NCBI GenBank assembly: GCA_023231475.1 | Contig: JALJEE010001395.1 | Coordinates: forward strand, 1 to 44,952 | Source of the DNA: Seison nebaliae | Lineage: Eukaryota | DNA: 44,952 nucleotides | Direction of reading: 5' to 3' | Shown here: piece after piece, positions 37,458 to 44,952 of the stretch | How the letters are laid out: each line of letters begins with the position of its first letter | How positions within the stretch are numbered: position 1 is the first letter of the stretch | Made by a program: the position numbers and the translations under genes | Notes under the pieces: model-generated | What the model was told of the DNA's origin: nothing | Databases searched by the model: none | What the model saw: the letters and a program-made list of their open reading frames with translations, nothing else

Positions 37458-39668
37458 TTATGAGATGTGATTATCTAATGTATCAACCATCTTCAACGAT
37501 TTATCTTCCGATCTTCGTCTTTTCAACGAATTCCCTTGACTCTCATGAATAATATCGTTCTCCAATAAATCTGTTTCGGATGATAAAGTCGAAGAGATTG
37601 TTGAGTCATTGGAATCTGAGGATGATTCATTCGAATCAGATGATGAAGCATCGGATGATGATGATGATGAACATGATGACGATGAGGATGATCGTGTTGC
37701 TGATGAAACATCAGAATAATCAATAATTTCGTCAATTCGTCTTATATCAGATGAGTCAGTTGCCACTCTATTTTCTCTCGAAGATGATTCTTCTTCTGGT
37801 GATGATTCATTTTCTTTTAATGATTCCCCAAGATCATCATCGACTGTACTCTTTACTTTTCCAGATGGTAAATTAGTGAAACGGAATAAATTAGTTAATT
37901 TATCTTTACTCATTTGAACAGAAGATTGTGTTGTCGTCATTTCTTTTGATGATGTACTCTCAGTCTCTTGATACATGGAGAAGGAGTCGTATATTGACTT
38001 TAATGATTCAATAGAATATTCTTGCAGAATGGTTATCTTATCAATCGATACATAGAAGAGAACACAGGAAGAACAAAGTACAATATAACGATTCTTGTCT
38101 AATAATTGTGGTATTTTCTTCTTCATATTTGGTTGGACGACAATGTGACATTCTTTCGTTATAAAAAGAATATTGAATACTTCTGATTCACAAATTAAAC
38201 AGAAATTGGCTGGATCTCCTTTCTCTCTGATTTGTTTTTTGATTGGAATGTTGGCACTTCGCCCAATAGATAAACATTCTAATGAATGTTTTAAAGATAC
38301 GTAAAGAATATATTTGAGCATTAAATATAATTGCATATCTGAAATGAAAAAATCAGTTGCTGCTGCCCAACATAATTGAATCATTGGAACTATTGATTTG
38401 TAATTGAAGTTACGATTAAATTCATATCGTTCAACTGAGACAAATAACTGGCGAAATGAGAATGGTGCAACATTCCATGCAATATTGTTACACCAACCGT
38501 TAGCTTGAACCCAATGAACACATCCACTATTTATCCATACTAAATCACCTGGTCGCTGGACGAAATGTACAACGGGAATCTTTTCCTCTTCCAACTCCTT
38601 CACATTTGGCCACCACGACCCCGACAAATAATCAATTTTCCTCTCGTTACACATGCGACAAATGGCTGGCCAAAACTCGAAAGGAATTGCAAACCATTCA
38701 CAATCACCAGGACCAGCATTGACATTAACTGCACAACAATTTAAATTTTCCTGGTGAGCCGGTGTCCTCGATCCAGGAACTTTCATGTATAATTGAAGAG
38801 AATTCATTCCGAGAACTGTGTGGTCCAAATGAGATAATAAATTCGATTCATGAAATAATCGTAAAAATGAAGGTAATTTTTGAATTTCGTCTAATTGTCT
38901 TCCCCATGTCTTTCCATCCGACAAATCGACATTAGTCCCAAATTTTAACCATTTCACATTCTCAGATTCATCAGAATTGTTATTCGACTCAGTTTCGGTT
39001 GTGGAATTTTTCTGTCGATTTCTTTTCATTTGTAAAAATTCGAGAAGAGAACAAGATTGGTAAGAAGAATATTTTTCGATTGTCGACATTGTTCGTGAAC
39101 TGTCGCAATGCCAACGATCTTTAATGAGTTCTTCGTTTGAGTTAAAAGAAAAATTTATATTTCCACGTTGCTTTATCTGATGTCGTACTTCCAAATGTTG
39201 CTGTGGTGCATTTTTCAGGAGTGATTTTGTTGAAAATAATTCCAAATCGATATTACAATGTTCTATCAAATTCTTAACTATACACATTTCTAAATTTAAT
39301 AATTTCTTTTGGAGAATATTGGAATAGACATCTTTTTTCTTTTCAATGAACAAAACCGGACAATTATCATATAAAGATATTTTATTCTTTCCAGATGTTT
39401 GATTATATGAATTAAATTTTTTGTTAATCAACGGTTCTTCTTTCTTCGGCAATAGAACTGAAGGTAATATTCGTAACGTTGGAAATTTGATATGTTGCAA
39501 ATTTTCTAATAATTCTGCCTCTCCAGTTGTCGTGGACAATTCATCAAGAAATCCTACAAATTGCTTATGTTCCTGTTCAATTATTCGATCGATTTCAGTC
39601 GATTTTTTTGGCGATAGAAACAAGTTTATTAATCTCCTTTGAAATTTCTTTAAATCTCTCTCGTCCAT
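37458..39668 (-). CDS. KDM6-family (UTX/JMJD3) H3K27 demethylase, 736 aa, intronless, no TPR region
   Basis: KFGTNVDLSD, GMNSLQLYMKVPGSRTPAHQEN (HxE), NAGPGDCEWF, GSWWP, QRPGDLVWINSGCVHWVQANGWCNNIAWNV and a Zn-binding CLIC...CSSC, followed by a Ser/acidic tail. Confidence 0.95.
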   Translation of the reverse strand: MDERDLKKFQRRLINLFLSPKKSTEIDRIIEQEHKQFVGFLDELSTTTGEAELLENLQHIKFPTLRILPSVLLPKKEEPLINKKFNSYNQTSGKNKISLYDNCPVLFIEKKKDVYSNILQKKLLNLEMCIVKNLIEHCNIDLELFSTKSLLKNAPQQHLEVRHQIKQRGNINFSFNSNEELIKDRWHCDSSRTMSTIEKYSSYQSCSLLEFLQMKRNRQKNSTTETESNNNSDESENVKWLKFGTNVDLSDGKTWGRQLDEIQKLPSFLRLFHESNLLSHLDHTVLGMNSLQLYMKVPGSRTPAHQENLNCCAVNVNAGPGDCEWFAIPFEFWPAICRMCNERKIDYLSGSWWPNVKELEEEKIPVVHFVQRPGDLVWINSGCVHWVQANGWCNNIAWNVAPFSFRQLFVSVERYEFNRNFNYKSIVPMIQLCWAAATDFFISDMQLYLMLKYILYVSLKHSLECLSIGRSANIPIKKQIREKGDPANFCLICESEVFNILFITKECHIVVQPNMKKKIPQLLDKNRYIVLCSSCVLFYVSIDKITILQEYSIESLKSIYDSFSMYQETESTSSKEMTTTQSSVQMSKDKLTNLFRFTNLPSGKVKSTVDDDLGESLKENESSPEEESSSRENRVATDSSDIRRIDEIIDYSDVSSATRSSSSSSCSSSSSSDASSSDSNESSSDSNDSTISSTLSSETDLLENDIIHESQGNSLKRRRSEDKSLKMVDTLDNHIS

Positions 39669-39758
39669 TATTCAGAAAACAATTAAATCTATTAACAATA
39701 AAAAAATATAAGAAAATTTGAAAAAAAAGCAAATTTATGTGAATAAGGAAAAATAGAA

Positions 39759-40277
39759 TTATTCGAAAGCACCAAGATGATCAGCCATAATCGACCCGAT
39801 TGCGGCTATTTCTGTCGCATCAATTCTAGAGCCAATAATTCTCACTCGAATTACGTCACTTTGCTTGATGGAAGTGTCATCTTCTTTACTCTTATAAGTT
39901 GGAGGATTGGATTCGCAATTGAAATCCATTTCTGGTGGTATATTATGACGTGAAATAAAGCATTGGAATGGTCCAATATCCACAAAGATACCCACTTTAT
40001 TCAATTGAGTCACTACTCCATCAAATACTTCTCCTTTGAATGGTCGGAAAACGATAGCTTTATATTTCACTGGATAGACGACGAAGCCTCGTGACGGTTG
40101 AATTTTACCTGCTCCAATCTTTTCGATCGATGTCACTGCAATAATATAACCAAATTTCCCTGAACATGTACCTTCTACTTCAACCATCAACTTTTCTCGT
40201 ACTTTCTCCAAAATGTCCGCCCCGAAATACATGGGATGTAAGAGTACCTCATGTTTCAATAAGATTCGAAAAAACAT
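39759..40277 (-). CDS. POLR2G: RNA polymerase II subunit RPB7, 172 aa, intronless
   Basis: [47 protein letters not shown] and [10 protein letters not shown]. The start by homology is ATG 40277. Confidence 0.97.
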   Translation of the reverse strand: MFFRILLKHEVLLHPMYFGADILEKVREKLMVEVEGTCSGKFGYIIAVTSIEKIGAGKIQPSRGFVVYPVKYKAIVFRPFKGEVFDGVVTQLNKVGIFVDIGPFQCFISRHNIPPEMDFNCESNPPTYKSKEDDTSIKQSDVIRVRIIGSRIDATEIAAIGSIMADHLGAFE

Positions 40278-40608
40278 TATTTCATCAAGAAAAATTGGAG
40301 AATTTTTAATTCCACCAATTGTCCCAAAATTTAATGAGGAAAATGCTCTGGAAAACTGTTTTTGAGGCTGAAAATTCAAAAAGAAAACTTTTCAATATCT
40401 TTTCTCTAAAATATTTGGAAAAGTTACCTAAAACTTTTGGATGCATTTACGAATGAAAAATGAAAGAAAGCTGATGAAACGAATGAGACAAAATTTATTC
40501 ATATTAAAATGGAAAAATATAAAATATATATATGTATTGGAATGTGAATGAGAAATGCATATGAAATGTTGTGTGTATATAAAACAGAATGGATTGAGAT
40601 TAAAATAA

Positions 40609-41679
40609 TTAAAAAGTGAATATGAAGAGAACAAATGAAAATATAATAAACTGAGAATGAGGAATTTGATTAGCAGATGACGATCCTTCAATCATTACAG
40701 CAAAACGAACCATACCTCTCCAATATAATTCCCTTTCTTGGTCGATATTCTTCGCGTAAGATTTACAGATAATATTCACAAGAATATTCGATTCGATCAT
40801 TTCCAATTTGACTAAGACCAACGGTTGCTGATAACCGACTTCATTCCGATATGGATAATAATGGAAAGGAATTCCACCAACGTTCTCATCGTTCAACATC
40901 GAAAAATATACGAGTCGTTTAATCATATCACGATCAACAGGATGTTGACCGAAACATTTGACCAAAATAAAATTCTTCCTTTCTTCACTCCAATGATCAC
41001 GAACTTCGTAAGGAACTTCATCTTTGGAAGAGTAAGCAATCGGATACCAGTCGTACACCTTATTCAATTTCACTATCACACATGGTCGACCATTCATATA
41101 ACCATAAGATCCAACTTTACTACACTCCTGATTCTTATCTTGATTATAGAGTATAGATACATCAAAACGACATGATTGTCCTTCTAAACGGTCATGTTGT
41201 ACTTCCTTCTTATTTACACAATCAGTAACGTCTGCCGCACTTGTTTGTTGATGGTCAGGTTCATATCGATTAAGAAATTGAATCATGTTGTCCACATATT
41301 TCTTCCATCCGTTGTCATTCGAATGCACAGACATCTGCTTAAATCTAATTAACGATTCAAGTACTTTCACTTGCGGACGGAAGCCCATACCAGGATTAGG
41401 TGTGTTCATCGTGAACAAACTTCGATTTTCACCTTTCATCAAACTATCTCGATTGACATACGTCGGACGACGCTTATCAATGATCGCATAAAGTATTCCG
41501 ATGAGACACAAATAGAATACTGCCAAGCTGAAATAGAATGAAAAATAAAATAATCCAGTTTTGATCCATTGAATTCCATCACGTCCCATTACTTTGTTCG
41601 TAAACGGATTGTAGAACCATTCTTTCAATTCAGCAAGATAATCCCGTTCTTCTTTTGGCAGAATATACTCTATTTCCAT
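40609..41679 (-). CDS. Na,K-ATPase beta subunit (nervana-like), ~356 aa, intronless, with an extra hydrophobic C-terminus
   Basis: FYNP...VMGRDGIQW, one TM segment, NPGMGFRP, YGYMNGRPCVIVKLNKVYDWYP, PFHYYPY...GYQQPLV and CKSYAKNI. The start could instead be the upstream ATG at 41730. Confidence 0.93.
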   Translation of the reverse strand: MEIEYILPKEERDYLAELKEWFYNPFTNKVMGRDGIQWIKTGLFYFSFYFSLAVFYLCLIGILYAIIDKRRPTYVNRDSLMKGENRSLFTMNTPNPGMGFRPQVKVLESLIRFKQMSVHSNDNGWKKYVDNMIQFLNRYEPDHQQTSAADVTDCVNKKEVQHDRLEGQSCRFDVSILYNQDKNQECSKVGSYGYMNGRPCVIVKLNKVYDWYPIAYSSKDEVPYEVRDHWSEERKNFILVKCFGQHPVDRDMIKRLVYFSMLNDENVGGIPFHYYPYRNEVGYQQPLVLVKLEMIESNILVNIICKSYAKNIDQERELYWRGMVRFAVMIEGSSSANQIPHSQFIIFSFVLFIFTF

Positions 41680-42208
41680 TATCGACAAAATGACAATTGA
41701 TGTACTTCGTAATGACAAAATATTCATCATGTTTTAAATTAAATGTCAAGTTAAATAATTTATTGTTATCCATTTTGAAGAATGATATCGAACAAGGAAT
41801 AACATCTTTAAAACTTTAGCTCTAATTTCTCCATAGGGAAATTCAATATATTAATCTTGCTCACAATAGTCTTGTCAGTCATTAGTCTAATTTATTAGTC
41901 AGTCATAATCTTTATCCATTGCTTTTCATTAAACTATAACCAAAATTAAACAGTTCTTTGAACGTAGTCAAGTCAAGGAATGTAAAACAAATTCGCATAC
42001 ATTGGGTGATCTCATATTAGTAATAATCTATACGTTATTGTCTTATCGACAAGTGAACGAGAACTAATTATACTATATTAGTATAATTACGATAAACTAT
42101 ATTGAATATGGTAAAAGTCTGTTTGAAAGCCACAGAAAAAATATTTTTTTAGAAAGTAGAATATAAGTATTTGGATTAATTTATGTAAATTTTATTTATC
42201 CAAAATAA

Positions 42209-42490
42209 CTATAAAAAAATCATCATTATCTGATTTTCATAATTATTTTCGTTTTCGTTATCTTTATCTTCTATGTAGTCATCTGCCTCATCGTCTTCCT
42301 CGCAATAATCATCATCTTCATTTCCGCTTATTTCATCATCGTCTTCACTAGCGTCATCATCGTTTTCAGTTCCATCATTATCATTCTCTTCATCAAAATT
42401 CTCATCGTTTCGATCTCTAAACCATTGTAAAAAAAATTGAAAAAAGTCGTTGTTTAGCAATCGGGTCTTCTTCAACATACTTTTTACCAT
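42209..42490 (-). other. Acidic (D/E/N) open frame of unknown origin, probably a pseudogene or transposon fragment
   Basis: Long D/E tract in triplet phase; the upstream frame is interrupted by stops. Confidence 0.3.
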
Positions 42491-42739
42491 TAGTAGTTAT
42501 AACTTAAAAGGTTCAAACCTGCTAACCAATCTTTTCATTCAGCCGGTTAAATTCATACTCCTGACATGCATCTCGGCTGGAATCGACTTTGGTCCGAATT
42601 TACAACCGAATGATATGGAATGTTATCTTTTTTTATCTCGTTGGAGATTTTGTTCTTCATTCGAAATTTAATGTACATCTCTTGAAGAAGATTTGCCAAT
42701 TTTGAAAATTGAAACTTCCTCGATCTATTTTTAATAACG

Positions 42740-43160
42740 GCGTCTTCAAAAAGATTTTGGTCTTACTTTGTCAGTTCTATTCGTCCAGGTTCAATGCAGA
42801 GAAGATATGACCGTGGAGCACATACGTGTCTGGCCATCGTGAGGTCACTGATATATTATCAGAGACAAACGAACCGCCCCTTCATATACCTTTCCTAGAC
42901 GCATCAAGAGTGTTCGACTCCATTATGTATTTCATCCATCTATATCCTGCTCTCCTTTGTTTACGTTCTCGCGTGATTCATCATTCGATACTCTCATTTA
43001 TAATAACGATGTGTTCACATTCATTATGTTCAGTTTCGCCGAAAAACTTCCAGCCCTCTCCTTTCCAAGTAAATCGGGCAGTCCATCAAGGATCGATCCT
43101 TGGAACGTGGCTCTTTGGGCTTGCTCTCGATTCCGCAATTGGCTTAATTAATTCCAATTT
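42740..43160 (+). mobile_element. Non-LTR RT fragment (N-terminal RT motifs), same family as the 5.0-kb and 15.8-kb pieces
   Basis: PFLDASRVFDSI (LD..KAFD motif) and FQVNRAVHQGSILGTWLFGLALD, matching QGTILGPWLFGLAID near 15978. Confidence 0.8.
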
Positions 43161-43203
43161 AATGATTAATAGTTCGCGAGTTCCACCAGCATAAGCGGGG
43201 GTC

Positions 43204-43293
43204 GTCAATTCTACGGCGTGTCACTTCTCACGCGTGACATTTCTCCCGAAGTCATTTCACTAACCGTCATTTCTTTCGCAGTCACTTCTCCCG
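43204..43293. repeat. Six 15-16-bp-period subrepeats GTCA(C/T)TTCTC, likely a transposon subterminal array
   Basis: Units at 43204, 43220, 43236, 43251, 43266 and 43281. Confidence 0.75.
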
Positions 43294-43536
43294 TTCTTTC
43301 CTTATTTCTATTTTTTAATTTTTTGTCGGTCATAAATTAAAATTTTTTTTTCTCAATTTAATTTTAAATCAAAAGTAACACAATGAATATTATATAAGAC
43401 GTAATGATATTAAGAAAATGATGAAAAAATAGTGCCAATTTTGTCCAAGTTGCAGATTGCTTCTTTCTTATATTCGCTTATAAGTTTTTTTAATTTCTTT
43501 TTCTTCGCTTTTTTCTTTCGACCTATCCAATTTTTA

Positions 43537-43722
43537 TCATTTGAAATCAGAGGGGTAAGCTTTGAAGGTTCCGTCAAAAAACCACTCATTTGTCAAATCC
43601 ATTTCTCTCAAATTGTCGGTACTCCACATTATGGTTGCATTTTCCAATTTTTTCGTTACTATATTCTCGTTATCTTTGTTTTGTTCATTGCGCTGCCTTT
43701 TCATTCGCAATAGTCGCTTCAT
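43537..43722 (-). mobile_element. Mutator-like (MULE) transposase fragment
   Basis: IMWSTDNLREMDLTNEWFFDGTFKAYPSDF matches the W..DGTFK..P..F motif around the first catalytic Asp of animal MULE transposases. Confidence 0.75.
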
Positions 43723-43881
43723 AATCTGTTAATGGCGCCACATTTTCTCGAATAATGTCTTTGACGCTTTGTATGTATCAATTTTTCTGATATTCGTTTG
43801 TTTCATTTTTTCTGATTTTCTGATTCACATTTGTTATTGACAATGATAAACGCTGGTCTTATCTTTGTTTACTCGAATTGC

Positions 43882-44176
43882 GGAAAGATATTAACCTTTA
43901 AGAAATAATCAACCCTTTATTTAAATAAGGAAAGATATTACCATAAATAAATAAATAAAGGAAAGATAATAAGGATGCCTTGCACATCCTAAAGCAGAAT
44001 TTCTAAAAGGAAAGATGTTTACCCAGTTTCTTCTAAAGGGGAACGGTATTAACTTATTTAGCTGAAAAAGGAACGATGTTAACCTCCATTTGTCTTATAT
44101 GGAACGATATTAACCATCTTTACCACATAACGGAAAGATATCAACTCCTAAAATCGGAAATAGAAAGATATTAACT
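43882..44176. repeat. Array of nine GGAA(A/C)GAT(A/G)TTAAC motifs, mostly at a 30-31-bp period with unrelated spacers
   Basis: Motifs at 43882, 43929, 43960, 44009, 44040, 44070, 44101, 44132 and 44162. Confidence 0.85.
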
Positions 44177-44952
44177 CTGTTGAATCAATTTTAAATTAAA
44201 TATTTACTTATATTAAACGTCTGTTGTATAGTTAATTTTAGAAATATTATACAATTGATTATATATGGCTGTATTCAAAAGTAATCGGACAAAATTGGAT
44301 TTAAATGCTCATAACTTTCTTCAAATACCATTATATGCGTAAGAGTGTATATTTTTAGATAGCCCTATTCAAGCTCCTAAGATTATTCCAATTATTATCA
44401 ATTCAATTCATTTATCAATAACTCTACAGCAGTTAACATTCATAATTAATGAAAATCCTTCTCTTCACTCATTATTATATCTTCTCATCCATTTCCATTC
44501 TATCTTTTTACCATGGGTCGTCCCAGTAACGTAGTTGTGAGAAAAAATTTCAAATTGAAATCTAATGTAAAGGATTGTGAATGTCAAATAATTGCCAATG
44601 GCAATTCGATGTGGGAAATTAATTAAAGGTGCCACTGTCAGTCACATCCGGCAACATATGAAAATATATCATCCAAATGACGAAACATCTGAAGATATAT
44701 TATTCCCAAAGATTCCGAACGATCTAATAGTTTGATCAATTTAATGATAAATTTTATGTTTAAAAGAAACACCAGTTTCTAGTTTTTTATTATTATTCAC
44801 TATTTTCATAAAATTTATAGGTTATAGATTGTTGAGGGATGAGAATTTCATTAAATTTTGTTTCAATTTGGGTTTTCAAATACCAACCTATGAAAAATTC
44901 ATAGAATACATTAATAAACATTTCCTCAAATTAAAAGAAAAAATGAAAGAAC

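Noticed and set aside
40278..40379. N-terminal extension of RPB7, and similar non-ATG extensions at 6386, 11026, 20011 and 24040
   Set aside because: These come from alternative start codons in the ORF caller. Homology or context points to the downstream ATGs.
42209..42490. SET/NAP-like histone chaperone (FF.WF plus acidic tail)
   Set aside because: There is no NAP domain upstream and the frame is broken by stops; the similarity is too slight.
42796..42810. U6-like CAGAGAAGAT sequence
   Set aside because: It lies inside the RT remnant with no other U6 features. I found no snRNA, SL RNA, tRNA or rRNA gene in the window by eye.
43882..44176. CRISPR array
   Set aside because: The context is eukaryotic, the repeats are only ~14 bp and degenerate, the spacers are ~16 bp, and there are no cas genes. 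A MULE remnant is adjacent.

Overview
AT-rich, gene-dense animal (eukaryotic) genomic DNA with very short introns, mostly 40-62 bp. It looks like a compact invertebrate genome, possibly a rotifer-like spiralian, but the taxon cannot be established from this window. Recognisable genes are an i-type lysozyme, TRMT11, mitochondrial MDH2, a tetraspanin-like protein, DNAL4, a P5B-ATPase (ATP13A-type), PLC-beta4/NorpA-type, a TPR-less KDM6 demethylase, RPB7/POLR2G and a Na,K-ATPase beta subunit. Manual splicing also yields five orphan genes, two of them small secreted paralogues. A head-to-head pair of intronless ORFs appears to encode very divergent USP-type cysteine proteases. Transposon debris includes a gypsy-like LTR with a tRNA-Arg PBS, hAT and MULE transposase remnants, several pieces of one non-LTR RT family and two MITE/foldback elements. 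The most striking signal is the splice code: 28 of 29 introns modelled in host genes begin GTT rather than GTA/GTG and mostly lack +5G. Same-strand gene pairs only 85-103 bp apart, with acceptor-like AGs just before the downstream ATG, suggest operons and trans-splicing. All gene models and homologies were worked out by eye; no searches were run.
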